A stretch of 64,000 nucleotides of DNA from Candidatus Peribacteraceae bacterium (lineage in GTDB: Bacteria; Patescibacteriota; Gracilibacteria; Peribacterales; Peribacteraceae): positions 8,178-72,177 of the forward strand of contig DASZVA010000010.1 of NCBI GenBank assembly GCA_035547395.1. Direction: 5' to 3'. The notes below the pieces were generated by a model. That model did no database searches, was not told where the DNA came from, and worked only from the letters and a program-made list of their open reading frames with translations. Positions within the stretch are counted from its first letter, which is position 1, and each line of letters opens with the position of its first letter. This document shows, piece after piece, positions 20,037-30,161 of this stretch. Both the position numbers and the translations under genes were made by a program.

Positions 20037-20738
20037 TTAGTGGACAAGATGAACGATCTGACGGAATTCCTTGGGGTCCAGCGACGCGCCGCCGACCAGC
20101 AGGCCGTCGACGTCGGGTTCCTTGAGAAAACCGGCAGCATTATCAGGCTTCACGGATCCGCCGTATAGAATGCGGGTGCCCTCTTTTTTGTCTTCCGGAA
20201 GCAGCGAACGGATGTTGGCATGCATTTCCTGCACATCGGATTCAGCCGGACAGCTGCCGGTGCCGATCGCCCACACGGGTTCGTACGCAATGATCGAAGG
20301 AAGGATGCTCATCGCTTCCAGCTGCCGCTTCACGACGTCGAATTGCTGCTTGAGCTCTCGTTCGTCGGCGCTCTCCCCGATGCAGAGGATCGGCTGCAGT
20401 CCGGCATCCATCGCGGCTTTCACTTGCAGGGCAACGAATGCATCGCTCTCCTGATGATGCGATCTGCGTTCCGAATGTCCGCAGAGCACATATGTGCAGC
20501 CGTGCTGCGCGAGCAGTTCCATGCTGATGTCGCCGGTGTAGGTGCCCGTCGGTTCCGGCCGTCCGCACTGCGCACCGACCACGAGGAATTTTTCCACACA
20601 CGTGCGGATATCCAGAAACGTCGGGAACACCACGATCTCCACGCCGTCCTGTTTGCGGTACGGCGACTCGTCGCTGTCCCAGCCTTGCGGAGGAGCGTTC
20701 ATTTTCCAGTTTGCTGCGATCAAAGGAGTGCGGTTCAT
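20037..20738 (-). CDS. tpiA: Triosephosphate isomerase
   Basis: ANWKMN, GHSERR, AYEPVWAIGTG, LYGGSV, LVGGASL. Confidence 0.97.
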   Translation of the reverse strand: MNRTPLIAANWKMNAPPQGWDSDESPYRKQDGVEIVVFPTFLDIRTCVEKFLVVGAQCGRPEPTGTYTGDISMELLAQHGCTYVLCGHSERRSHHQESDAFVALQVKAAMDAGLQPILCIGESADERELKQQFDVVKRQLEAMSILPSIIAYEPVWAIGTGSCPAESDVQEMHANIRSLLPEDKKEGTRILYGGSVKPDNAAGFLKEPDVDGLLVGGASLDPKEFRQIVHLVH

Positions 20739-20811
20739 GATTCGAGTCTAGCATTTGGCTTTTCTAGGTACAGATGAATCGTTTTTTATACTTTCCGGCG
20801 GACCTGTTATG

Positions 20812-20980
20812 TTTCCACTTTCTTTGTCGCGACAAAGAAAGTGGAGAAAGAAAACGCGACCCAGCTTCGCTGAGTACCCCGGCCGATCAAAGACCCGCTC
20901 CGCCCGACCTGCTGCTTACCGTCGCTCGGTCCAGGGCTTCCCTTCGCGACGGTTCGCTTGTTTTTCTGACGAAAAACAAA
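20812..20980. repeat. Palindromic intergenic repeat (REP/MITE-like), copy 1
   Basis: TTCCA(C)TTTCTTTGTC..GACAAAGAAA(G)TGGAGAAAGAAAACGC head shared with the 62949 copy; ends CTGACGAAAA. Confidence 0.7.
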
Positions 20981-21085
20981 AAGCAGGTCTTCCCCAACAC
21001 CCCCCTGATCGGCGCGACCTTCCGTAATCATGCGTGTGACATGGAATTTTCTTTTTCCTTCTTCTCCTAGTACGATTTCCCCGAT

Positions 21086-21529
21086 ATGCCCTCCACCCGC
21101 GTCGTCCTCGCAGCCGATCATGCCGGTTTTCCGCTCAAGGAAGACGTCAAAAAATATCTGACAGAGAAGGGGATGGACGTCGTTGACGTGGGAACCTTCA
21201 GCACGGATCCCGTCGATTATCCGGCGGTCATGCGCCATGGATCCGCCGCCGTTCTCGAGTACGGCTGTCCGGGGATCATCTTCGGCAAGAGCGGCAACGG
21301 CGAAGCGATGGCGGCCAACAAAGTCCGCGGCATCCGCGCGGCGCTTTGCTACAGCGAAGAGACCGCACGCCTTGCCCGCGCACACAATGACGCGAATATC
21401 ATGAGTCTCGGTGCCGCGTTCACGCCGCCTGATCTCGCACATCGACTCGTCGATATTTTTTTGGAAACGCCTTTTGACGGCGGCAGACATCAGGCAAGAG
21501 TCGATGATCTCGATACACCTCTCTCATGA
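21086..21529 (+). CDS. rpiB: Ribose-5-phosphate isomerase B
   Basis: ADHAG, VDYP, G.G..MAANK..GIRAA, AR.HNDAN, F.GGRH..R. The usual catalytic CGTG reads GKSG here. Confidence 0.9.
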   Translation: MPSTRVVLAADHAGFPLKEDVKKYLTEKGMDVVDVGTFSTDPVDYPAVMRHGSAAVLEYGCPGIIFGKSGNGEAMAANKVRGIRAALCYSEETARLARAHNDANIMSLGAAFTPPDLAHRLVDIFLETPFDGGRHQARVDDLDTPLS

Positions 21530-22164
21530 AAACACTGATCACTCCCTCCATTCTCTCGGCCGATCTCGCGCATCTGCAGGATGAAGTTGCGACGATTGAA
21601 AAATACGCCGACTGGATTCAGATCGATGTCATGGACGGGCATTTCGTGCCCAATCTCAGCTTTGGCGCGCCGGTGGTCGCACATCTCAAAACAGCGCTGC
21701 CGCTTGACGTGCATCTGATGGTCGAGAATCCCGAGGATCGGATTGAGGAATTCCTGGAACTGAATGTGAAAAACATCACCTTTCATGCGGAAGCGGTGGA
21801 AGAGACGGATTCACGAAGAGCCCTGATCAAAGCCATTCGCGACGGCAACGCGACTGCCGGCATCGCGCTCAATCCGGCGACACCCGTGGAGATCATCGAT
21901 GATGTCGTGGAGGATGTCGATCTGGTGCTGATCATGTCCGTGCACCCGGGATTTGGCGGACAGGCGTTTATTCCGTCGGTGCTGGAGAAAGTCCGGACGC
22001 TTCGGGAGCGATTCCCCGATCTCATGATCCAGATCGACGGCGGCATCAATGACGAGACAGCCTCGCTCGCACGTGAAGCCGGCTGCAATAATCTGGTCGC
22101 CGGCAGTTTCGTCTTCGGCGCGCGCGACCGCGCGAAAGCCATCCGCCTTCTGCGCGGCATATGA
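21526..22164 (+). CDS. rpe: Ribulose-phosphate 3-epimerase
   Basis: PSILSAD, DVMDGHFVPN, DVHLM, MSV.PGFGGQ, IDGG. Confidence 0.96.
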   Translation: MKTLITPSILSADLAHLQDEVATIEKYADWIQIDVMDGHFVPNLSFGAPVVAHLKTALPLDVHLMVENPEDRIEEFLELNVKNITFHAEAVEETDSRRALIKAIRDGNATAGIALNPATPVEIIDDVVEDVDLVLIMSVHPGFGGQAFIPSVLEKVRTLRERFPDLMIQIDGGINDETASLAREAGCNNLVAGSFVFGARDRAKAIRLLRGI

Positions 22165-22646
22165 GCGTCTCCTTCGTCATCGGCAGATTTCTCGCACTGC
22201 TGATCATCGGGCTCTGCGGCATTGCCGCGTGTCTCTGGATGATCTCAACGTTTCTGTCGTCTGCTCCATCCGACAATCCGCGGCTGCACCCGCTCACGCT
22301 CGTGTCGCCGGGCGGCCGGGACACGACGCTGCAGGTGGAGTGGGCGACGACGGAAGCACAGCGCGAGCGGGGACTCATGAACCGCGCGACGGTCGATCAC
22401 GGCATGCTCTTTATTTTTGATACGGAGCAGCAGCTCACGTTCTGGATGAAGAACACGCTCGTGCCGCTTGATGTGATGTTCTTTGACGATCGCGGGGATT
22501 TTGTCTCATCCGCGCAGATGACGCCGTGCACGGCCGATCCCTGTGCGCTGTACGCATCCGCGTCTCCCGCCAAGTACGCGCTCGAGATGCCCGCGGGCTT
22601 TGTGACCCAGGCAGATCTCGGTAAAGGATGGACGATGAGGCCGTAG
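22161..22646 (+). CDS. DUF192 family protein
   Basis: N-terminal TM, R..GLM.R, GMLF.F, FWMKNT..PLD..F. Confidence 0.9.
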   Translation: MSVSFVIGRFLALLIIGLCGIAACLWMISTFLSSAPSDNPRLHPLTLVSPGGRDTTLQVEWATTEAQRERGLMNRATVDHGMLFIFDTEQQLTFWMKNTLVPLDVMFFDDRGDFVSSAQMTPCTADPCALYASASPAKYALEMPAGFVTQADLGKGWTMRP

Positions 22647-22775
22647 GAATCGAATGGAACATTTTTTCGTTTGTATGTTTTTCGCATATAACGAAGAAAC
22701 GAATCAACGAGAAAACACGCTCTCCTTGCAGTCGCCTCTGCAACATCCTATCCTCATGTCCGTCCCCCCTTTTCC

Positions 22776-23183
22776 ATGAAATTCAAACGATTGCTCCCGC
22801 TTCTCCTGATCGTCCTCGTGGTTCTCGTCGTCGTCCTCGATCAGCAGCGCAGAGCCGCGCAAGCGGAGGTGCAGCAACTCTCACTCAAGCTCGGTCAGCA
22901 GGGGAATAGCGCGCAGAATCAGGAGCAGGCCAATCAGATCATCGCCAAAGTGAAGCAGCATATGGATCTGGATACATCCGTGCAGCCGACGGTTGCGGCC
23001 ATCGTCGATGTCGACAAGCTCCGCAAGCAAAACTCGTTCTATAATCAGGCGAAGAACGGCGATTTCCTGATCGTCACTCCGACGCGCGCGATTCTTTACG
23101 ACGAACAGGCCGACAAGGTCATTGACGTGGTGCCCGTTCAGATTCAACAGAATACGTCTGCCGCGGTGACGGCAGGCCAGTGA
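22776..23183 (+). CDS. Membrane-anchored conserved hypothetical protein
   Basis: N-terminal TM plus coiled coil, PTVA.I.D...L.....F...A.NGD.L......AILY; pattern common in CPR. Confidence 0.75.
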   Translation: MKFKRLLPLLLIVLVVLVVVLDQQRRAAQAEVQQLSLKLGQQGNSAQNQEQANQIIAKVKQHMDLDTSVQPTVAAIVDVDKLRKQNSFYNQAKNGDFLIVTPTRAILYDEQADKVIDVVPVQIQQNTSAAVTAGQ

Positions 23184-23293
23184 GCGAAACGGGAGGCGGA
23201 AAATGAAAAGTTTTCTTTTCAAATACCCGAAAAATCGAGATATTTGTGGGCTTCTTACGTGACGACTAAGCCACTATTCGCTACTCTGCGTCC

Positions 23294-25234
23294 ATAGCAC
23301 GAACACCACGTCGATCACCGGGCAACAAACCGCAATGGATTTTGAGCGCGATCCTCTTCGTTGCTCTGCTGTTTTTGTCCTTCTATTACATCACGTCTCC
23401 GTCCCGGGACTCGGAGGCGCAGTTTGCCGACGCCCCGGTCGTGCCGCTCAGCACCATCACGCAGGGCTACAAAAATCACAGCTACTCGCAGATCATCGTG
23501 CGCGACAACAAGGTGTTTGCCGAGACGTCGACCGGCGCCACGGTGCAGTCGTACAAAGAAACGCTTGATACGGTCGGGCAGCTTGGATGGAACGATCCTG
23601 CAAATCCCACCAAGGTGACAGTGGAAAATCTGGAGGCGATGAACACGTTCCTCGCCGCATTGCCGGATCTGCTGATCTTCATTCTGATTATCGGCGGCAT
23701 CATCTGGCTCTTCCGCGGCATTGCACGGTCGCAAAGCACGGCGCTCAGCTTCGGGAAATCCCGTGCGCGCGTGGCCGATGCCAAGCAGGTGCGCACGCGG
23801 TTCAAAGACGTCGCGGGCGCGGAGGAGGCAAAGGAAGAGCTTGTTGAGGTCGTCGACTTCCTCAAAAATCCGAAGAAATACATGGAGATCGGCGCCAAGA
23901 TTCCCAAGGGAGTTCTGCTCGTCGGCCCCCCGGGAACGGGTAAGACGCTGCTTGCGCGCGCCGTCGCCGGCGAAGCGGGCGTGCCGTTCTTCTCGATCGC
24001 CGGTTCCGAATTCGTCGAGATGTTCGTGGGAGTCGGCGCGTCGCGCGTGCGCGATCTGTTCGTGCGCGCCAAGCGCAATGCCCCGTGCATCATCTTCATC
24101 GATGAAATCGACGCCGTCGGCCGCCAGCGCGGCGGCGCCGGATTCGGCGGCGGACACGACGAACGCGAGCAGACGCTCAACCAGATCCTCACCGAGATGG
24201 ACGGATTCGAACAGGGGACCAACGTCATCGTCATGGCGGCGACGAACCGTCCTGATGTGCTCGACGTCGCGCTCCTGCGTCCGGGACGTTTCGATCGTCA
24301 GGTGTTCCTCGACAAGCCCGACATCGACGCACGCGAACAGATCCTCAAAGTCCACTCGCGTAACAAAAAACTCGCGAAGGGACTCGATCTCTCCATCGTC
24401 GCGCGCCAGAGCGTGGGGCTCACCGGAGCGGATCTGGAAAACGTCATGAACGAAGCGGCGATCTTTGCCGCCAAGCGGGGTAACGCCGCCATCACGCAAC
24501 AGGATCTCAACGATGCGTTCGAGAAAGTGACCATCGGTCCCGAGAAAAAATCGCGCAAGCTCATGCAGCGCGAAAAGGAAATCACCGCCTATCACGAACT
24601 CGGTCACGCGATCGTCGGATACCTCTGCAAAGAAGCCGACAAGCTGCACAAGATCAGCATCGTCTCGCGCGGATCGGCGCTCGGCATCACGTGGTTTTTG
24701 CCGGAGGAGGACCGCTATACGACCAGCAAGCAGAAATTCCTCGATGACATCTGCGGACTGCTCGGCGGCCGTGCCGCGGAGGAAGTGATTTTCAAGGACA
24801 TCACGACCGGCGCATCCAACGACATCGAGCGCGCGTCGGCGATTGCCCGCAACATGGCGACGCGCTTCGGCATGGACGAAGACCTCGGCCTCGTCGTCTA
24901 CGGCGAGCGCCAGGGATCGGGTGCGCTCGGCACTGATCTGGGCAACAACCGCAACTATTCCGAAGACAGCGCGCGCAAGATCGACACGTTTGCCAAGCAG
25001 ACGCTCGACACCCAGTACAAGCGCGCAGTCGATCTGCTCAAAAAGCACGAGAAGAAACTCCACGAACTCGCCGTGATTCTCCTCAAGCAGGAGACGATGA
25101 CCGTCGAGGAATTCATCGCGATCTTTGAAGACAAGCCGATTGCAAAGAAGATCGAGAAGCGCGAAAAGGTGAAGGCGCCGGAGGATGCATCCACGGAGGA
25201 ATCGGACGATATGGCAGAGTCAGAAGAGGCGTAA
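23294..25234 (+). CDS. ftsH: ATP-dependent zinc metalloprotease FtsH
   Basis: 2 TMs, Walker [30 protein letters not shown]. Start uncertain: TTG 23342 or ATA 23294. Confidence 0.96.
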   Translation: MARTPRRSPGNKPQWILSAILFVALLFLSFYYITSPSRDSEAQFADAPVVPLSTITQGYKNHSYSQIIVRDNKVFAETSTGATVQSYKETLDTVGQLGWNDPANPTKVTVENLEAMNTFLAALPDLLIFILIIGGIIWLFRGIARSQSTALSFGKSRARVADAKQVRTRFKDVAGAEEAKEELVEVVDFLKNPKKYMEIGAKIPKGVLLVGPPGTGKTLLARAVAGEAGVPFFSIAGSEFVEMFVGVGASRVRDLFVRAKRNAPCIIFIDEIDAVGRQRGGAGFGGGHDEREQTLNQILTEMDGFEQGTNVIVMAATNRPDVLDVALLRPGRFDRQVFLDKPDIDAREQILKVHSRNKKLAKGLDLSIVARQSVGLTGADLENVMNEAAIFAAKRGNAAITQQDLNDAFEKVTIGPEKKSRKLMQREKEITAYHELGHAIVGYLCKEADKLHKISIVSRGSALGITWFLPEEDRYTTSKQKFLDDICGLLGGRAAEEVIFKDITTGASNDIERASAIARNMATRFGMDEDLGLVVYGERQGSGALGTDLGNNRNYSEDSARKIDTFAKQTLDTQYKRAVDLLKKHEKKLHELAVILLKQETMTVEEFIAIFEDKPIAKKIEKREKVKAPEDASTEESDDMAESEEA

Positions 25235-25327
25235 AACATCTCCATCAAGTGATTTAACAGAAGATTGTACAGGATATTTGACAAGCGGATTTTTGATAGT
25301 ATTTTGCTTCGGACTTCCCCCCTTCCC

Positions 25328-25714
25328 ATGAGTACAAACAGCGCAATGGATCAGCAGTACCAGGAGCCCATCGAGGTGACGATTCTTCAAGAATCGTCTG
25401 ACGATGTATTGGATGCAGCCTCTTCACTGGAAACCAGGCGCGCACTGGGGCTTCTTATGGAAATATGGCCCAATGAACTGCCAGCAGATACGGACTCGCT
25501 GACCGCTCTCGCCAAGAAGAGCCGCGCAAAATTAAGCAAACCCGTCGATACGCCGTCGCTGTTGCAAGTCGTGTCCGCAGATGCGGATCTGATGCGGGAA
25601 ACCGCCGTCCGTGAGTTTGTGCTGAATATCCAGCGCCATACTCAAAAGACACGCGAAGGTCTCATGGATGTCGCACGAGAAATTGATGGGCTCTATTCGG
25701 ATATCAAAGTGTAA
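25328..25714 (+). CDS. Hypothetical acidic helical protein
   Basis: 128-aa ORF; TTGACA at 25278 and pyrimidine-rich leader upstream of the ATG. Confidence 0.6.
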   Translation: MSTNSAMDQQYQEPIEVTILQESSDDVLDAASSLETRRALGLLMEIWPNELPADTDSLTALAKKSRAKLSKPVDTPSLLQVVSADADLMRETAVREFVLNIQRHTQKTREGLMDVAREIDGLYSDIKV

Positions 25715-25791
25715 TATCAGTTGCCGAAAGGCTAATCCTTGCTACACTTTGGGCCCTCGCTCCTTTTTATAGTAGTCAAAAACACCACCTT

Positions 25792-25878
25792 GCCCAGGTG
25801 GCGAAATTGGTAGACGCGCACGCTTGAGGGGCGTGTGGGAGTAATCCCATGGAAGTTCGAGTCTTCTCCTGGGCACCA
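25792..25878 (+). tRNA. tRNA-Leu(GAG)
   Basis: GCCCAGG/CCTGGGC acceptor stem, anticodon arm CACGC-TTGAGGG-GCGTG, long variable arm, TTCGA, CCA. Confidence 0.96.
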
Positions 25879-25968
25879 TACTATAAGATGCAGTCTTTTT
25901 ATTAGTGAAATAGGCGGTGTTTCATCGAAAGTTGCCAACACAAAAATTCGTTCTATTCTGTATCGCCA

Positions 25969-27870
25969 ATGGAATCCGTTTCCCTATCCAGCGGCGATGT
26001 ATTATCGGAGCTTCCTTCTCCACGGGAACGATTTGGTAAGCTGCTCGATGTTCCGAATCTCCGCACGCATAACAAATCCGACCGTTTCAAAATAAAAAGC
26101 ATCATTGAAGAGTTGACCGCGGAAACCGGGCTCAAACGTAATGACATCCTGGATCACTATGGTATTAACAGAATTCTCTATTACGATCACATCGATACGA
26201 TTCAGGAATCGGATTTGGAACCCGTTGCAAAGGAACCCGCTCAAAGAGAGAGACGGGAACATAGCAATATTCTCAGTAGAGCAGCCTCTGAACAACTGGC
26301 GATTTATGAACGCGTGGAAACGATGCGCCTGAGCGGATTGTATATTCCCGAGGCATGCGAGAGGGCCGGTATTTACGAGCGACAATATTACAAAATTCAG
26401 AGCAGGTTGCAGGAATTGCGTCATAAGGCGCAAAAGGAAAGAGTTCAATTGAAGGAACAGAAGAAAACAGAGATCGTCCCCAAAAGAAAAAGAATCGAAC
26501 AGAGAGAGATCCGTCTGCGAATGTACGATGCGACAGTCGTACTTTGCATAGCGACACGCCGGAAAATGGCCGACATATCGAGAGATTTGGGGATAACCTA
26601 CAGTGATCTGCGTGCATGGCAGGAAACGCAAAATGTGAAGCCCGTATTTCCTTTTAAAAAAGGACCGCGGCGCGCACTGAAGTCAGCGGAACTTCATCTG
26701 GGACATGAGGCCAGAGTGCGGTTCGTTCATGCGCTGCGACAAATCGAATTTGAGCAACTTGGAACAGCGAAAGATATCGCGGCTGCCCTGGGATATCGTG
26801 AGGAAACGGTGGAAGAATGGTCATCTGTTGTCGGCGACATCGGCAAAAAAGCGAAAGAGAAACGCAGACGGGGCAGCAATATGCTTTCCATGGATGAAGT
26901 TTCCTCGTTGTCGGATCAGCTGCATATGGATGTGAAGTCATTACAGCCGTGGTTGCGGGCTTTTAAACTCAAGGATGTTCACACGCAAATGAGTTTGTCA
27001 GCTCGCTATAATGCAAAGATACATATAGAGCCGCAGGAGTTGATGGATATATGGATGCAAATATGGAACGACCATTCAACGTCCGATATGGAGAACGTAC
27101 TCGTCGAATATTACACCCCCCTGGTTGAAGCCACTGCCGATAAATTTTCTCAAAAAATACCCGACACAGTAACGGTCGAAGAGTTGGTCGTATTTGGAAA
27201 GAAGGGTCTTCTCGATGCCATTCGTAAATTTGATATTTCAAAAAACACCAAATTCGAAACATACGCTCCCAACCGCATTCTCGGAGAAATGAAAGATGGT
27301 TTGCGCAGCATGGATTGGGTGCCTCGATTGGTGAGGGCACAACGGAAAAAAATGGACGCTGCACAGGAGAGATTCAGAACGATGAATAACCGGGAGGCGA
27401 CGGATGAAGAATTGGCCGAAGCGCTTGGGATGACTCTCGAAGCGTTTCATGCAATGAAAAAGGCTTGTGCCGTTCATGAGGTGCGAAGCATCGATGCGAC
27501 TTTCGAATCCCGGGTGGTAAATATCAAAGAATCAATGACCTTGGCGGATACGCTTGCAGCTCGTCCGTCCGAGGGTGATATTGAAAGGCTGCGTGATGAA
27601 GACCGGGAAGAAGTCCTCTGCGCCATTCTGAACATACTTCAACCCATCGAAAAGAAAATCATCATGGGGTACTTCTTTGAAAACAAAACCATGAAGGAGG
27701 TCGCGATAGATGTCGGCTTATCTGAATCAAGAGTGTCTCAGATCATAAATTACGAATTACTTCCTCTTCTTAAATCACGCATTCTTGCACATAAAGATAA
27801 AAATACGACGCTCGGTTACATTGCCCGAGCATTTGATCGTGCTCATCAACAAGACGAAGAGGCTGCATAA
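25969..27870 (+). CDS. FliA/WhiG (sigma-28) family sigma factor with long N-terminal extension
   Basis: C-terminal about 260 aa has region 2 (GLLDAI.KFD....KFETYA..RI.G...D.LR..DWVPR), region 3 (EELAEALG) and region 4 (TMKEVA...GLSESRVSQI). Confidence 0.85.
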   Translation: MESVSLSSGDVLSELPSPRERFGKLLDVPNLRTHNKSDRFKIKSIIEELTAETGLKRNDILDHYGINRILYYDHIDTIQESDLEPVAKEPAQRERREHSNILSRAASEQLAIYERVETMRLSGLYIPEACERAGIYERQYYKIQSRLQELRHKAQKERVQLKEQKKTEIVPKRKRIEQREIRLRMYDATVVLCIATRRKMADISRDLGITYSDLRAWQETQNVKPVFPFKKGPRRALKSAELHLGHEARVRFVHALRQIEFEQLGTAKDIAAALGYREETVEEWSSVVGDIGKKAKEKRRRGSNMLSMDEVSSLSDQLHMDVKSLQPWLRAFKLKDVHTQMSLSARYNAKIHIEPQELMDIWMQIWNDHSTSDMENVLVEYYTPLVEATADKFSQKIPDTVTVEELVVFGKKGLLDAIRKFDISKNTKFETYAPNRILGEMKDGLRSMDWVPRLVRAQRKKMDAAQERFRTMNNREATDEELAEALGMTLEAFHAMKKACAVHEVRSIDATFESRVVNIKESMTLADTLAARPSEGDIERLRDEDREEVLCAILNILQPIEKKIIMGYFFENKTMKEVAIDVGLSESRVSQIINYELLPLLKSRILAHKDKNTTLGYIARAFDRAHQQDEEAA

Positions 27871-27928
27871 TCTATCTCCACAACATGTTTTGTATGTTTT
27901 AAATGTCTGCTCTTCACCAGATCAAACA

Positions 27929-28603
27929 TCAGTCCTCTGAATCCTCGTCCTCTTCATCCCATTTTTTATGGAGATTTGGATTGCCGGGAGTGCGGAAGAT
28001 GAGCTGCATCCATTCTTCGCTGCTTTCCGCATCCCGGATATTCTCCGCAACCGGGCGGTAGCGGTCATACCAGTCGAGGGATCTCTTTGTCTCCGTGCTT
28101 GTTCCCGGCAGCGCCGCGACTTTGTCTCGGGTAAGCGACAGATACACGCTGCAGAATTCCGCGATTTTCTCACACATCATGTGCGTTCTGAGATTAGGGA
28201 TGCCCTCCTGCGAAAAATATTTCGTGGCTATGTCGTTCACTTTCTCCGCCGCACGGCGGAACTCATTTGCGGATGCAAACGTTCTGTGCGTGTCGATCTT
28301 GTGGACGATGCGTTTGGGGGTTACTTTCCTTTCCGCGCGCGGGATTTGCTCGCTCGCAATGGCGGCAGCTTTCTTGACCGCCTCGTCCGCTTGATTCATG
28401 AGCGGCAGATAATGGGCGTACGGTGAAGCCAGGTTGGTATCCCAGTCGACATCCGTATCCAGAAGCTCCTGCAGTAATTGCCTGTATGTCGTGCGGATTG
28501 TTTGCGTGATGTAATGATAATCCGGCGCGTCCGGCGTCGACTTTCCGAAGCGCGAAAGACCGTCGGTCAACGTCGCTGCAATATCCTCGATGGATTTCTT
28601 CAT
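27929..28603 (-). CDS. Hypothetical protein
   Basis: 224-aa ORF, AT-rich upstream region, acidic tail. Confidence 0.65.
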   Translation of the reverse strand: MKKSIEDIAATLTDGLSRFGKSTPDAPDYHYITQTIRTTYRQLLQELLDTDVDWDTNLASPYAHYLPLMNQADEAVKKAAAIASEQIPRAERKVTPKRIVHKIDTHRTFASANEFRRAAEKVNDIATKYFSQEGIPNLRTHMMCEKIAEFCSVYLSLTRDKVAALPGTSTETKRSLDWYDRYRPVAENIRDAESSEEWMQLIFRTPGNPNLHKKWDEEDEDSED

Positions 28604-28695
28604 AATTGAATTATAAATTAAATATAATATTTGTCAATTAACCGGAATGAGCCCAGATTTGGACGCGTCTCCATGATGGCGCTACACTCTGCGCC

Positions 28696-29067
28696 ATGGA
28701 TCGCTTTGAACACACACGCCGCATTCTCGCTGCCATTCTCGTTGTCCTCATCTCCGCTGGATGGATCGTGCCGCTCGGGGCTGCACTCTCGCTTCTGCAG
28801 GCGCTGCTTTTTACGCCGCATTTAAGCAGCGTCGCGAGTTATGATCTGCTCTTCATGGCATTTCGCATGGGGTGGCTGGCGTTCTGGTGGGTGAGTCTGG
28901 CCGTCGTGATCTGGTCCGTCGTTGCCGCGCTCAAGATCGCGAAGCATCCGATTCATGCAAAAACCATGCCGCCGATGATCGCGTTTCAGCGGACGAGCCC
29001 GGTGAAAACGTCGCCAGCGAAATCCAAAGCCGCCGCGAAGAAGCCGACAGCGAAGAAAAAAGCCTGA
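28696..29067 (+). CDS. Small membrane protein
   Basis: 2 TM helices, Lys/Ala tail; TACACT 7 nt before the ATG. Confidence 0.7.
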   Translation: MDRFEHTRRILAAILVVLISAGWIVPLGAALSLLQALLFTPHLSSVASYDLLFMAFRMGWLAFWWVSLAVVIWSVVAALKIAKHPIHAKTMPPMIAFQRTSPVKTSPAKSKAAAKKPTAKKKA

Positions 29068-29553
29068 TCACGTCAGCCCCATCGCCTGTTCGATCGCCAT
29101 GGCGACGGCGCTCGGATGCGGCACGTACGGGATCGGCGTGCCGGATTCGAATTTCAGCGTGCCGAATTGAAAGAGGTACTGCAAAAACGTCTTTTTTTCC
29201 GAGACGACGAATTTCATTTTTTCAAAGGCATACTCATGCATCTCTTCATCGAAAAAAATACGGTGGCGGATCCAGATCACGCGATCAGTCGTCACGATCA
29301 CCTGATTTTCCGCCTGGCTCATGATCGCCATGAAGAACCAGTGATGATCGACGAGGACCAGAAATACGCCGAGCAGAAGCGCGATCTGCGTGACGAGATC
29401 GTACTGAAAGGCGCTGAGCGCCGCGATGTAGAAAAAAAGAATGCTGCCGAGCAGAAGCAGCAGATAGACCGCGACGAGGCGCACGTATTTTACCCAGCTT
29501 TCGTGGGAGATCAGGACGAGTTGTTCGCCGCTATTGGCTGGTACGTCGGGCAT
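29068..29553 (-). CDS. Membrane protein with bacterial PH-like domain
   Basis: 2 TMs, then IVT..RVI......F...., F.FGTL..E pattern. Confidence 0.75.
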   Translation of the reverse strand: MPDVPANSGEQLVLISHESWVKYVRLVAVYLLLLLGSILFFYIAALSAFQYDLVTQIALLLGVFLVLVDHHWFFMAIMSQAENQVIVTTDRVIWIRHRIFFDEEMHEYAFEKMKFVVSEKKTFLQYLFQFGTLKFESGTPIPYVPHPSAVAMAIEQAMGLT

Positions 29554-29841
29554 TTAAAAAACGGCGGGTTGCAGCCAGAACAGAATCGTCGTGAGAACGA
29601 TGACAAAGACGGTCATGATGACGTAGATCCACAGCAAGGTGGTCACGCCCTTCTCCGGTTCCTTTTCGAGCGTGTGCTGGATGGCTCGCGGCAATATCTG
29701 ATGTTTGAGGACGATGCGCCTGTACTGGAAGATGACCAGGAAAAAGACGAGGAGTGACAAACCTTCCATCGCCAGAAAGATGACCGACGAAGTGGTCATG
29801 AGGGGCGAGGCGAAGTGATCGCTAAGGCTGAGCGTCTGCAT
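29554..29841 (-). CDS. Small membrane protein
   Basis: 2 TMs; abuts the downstream gene; TAGAAT upstream. Confidence 0.6.
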   Translation of the reverse strand: MQTLSLSDHFASPLMTTSSVIFLAMEGLSLLVFFLVIFQYRRIVLKHQILPRAIQHTLEKEPEKGVTTLLWIYVIMTVFVIVLTTILFWLQPAVF

Positions 29842-29888
29842 TGCCCGTTATTCTATCACACGGCTTTCCAAAAAGGCATTTAAGTGCC

Positions 29889-30143
29889 TCATACGGCGTA
29901 ATACGTCAGATAACCGATCCAGGCGACCAGAATCAGGTACCAGACGGGCCATCCTTTTGCGGGCGGGAACAGGCGCGAGACGATGCGGAAATGGCGCACG
30001 TACCAGGCGCTCTCAAACCAGATGATCAGGTTGCAGCTGACAGAGTCGACGACCAGCAGCCAGAAAATGATTTCGCGGAAAAGCAGCATGATGCGCCGAC
30101 CGTACCACCGATGGGCATGCGGTTCGAATCTTTGCTCTTGCAC
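29889..30143 (-). CDS. Small membrane protein
   Basis: Hydrophobic 84-aa ORF (start may be the internal Met). Confidence 0.55.
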   Translation of the reverse strand: MQEQRFEPHAHRWYGRRIMLLFREIIFWLLVVDSVSCNLIIWFESAWYVRHFRIVSRLFPPAKGWPVWYLILVAWIGYLTYYAV

Positions 30144-30161
30144 GATGCAGGAAAGTCATCG

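Noticed and set aside
25792-28630. Prophage or integrative element at tRNA-Leu
   Set aside because: Downstream genes are lower in GC, but I saw no integrase and no repeat of the tRNA 3' end.
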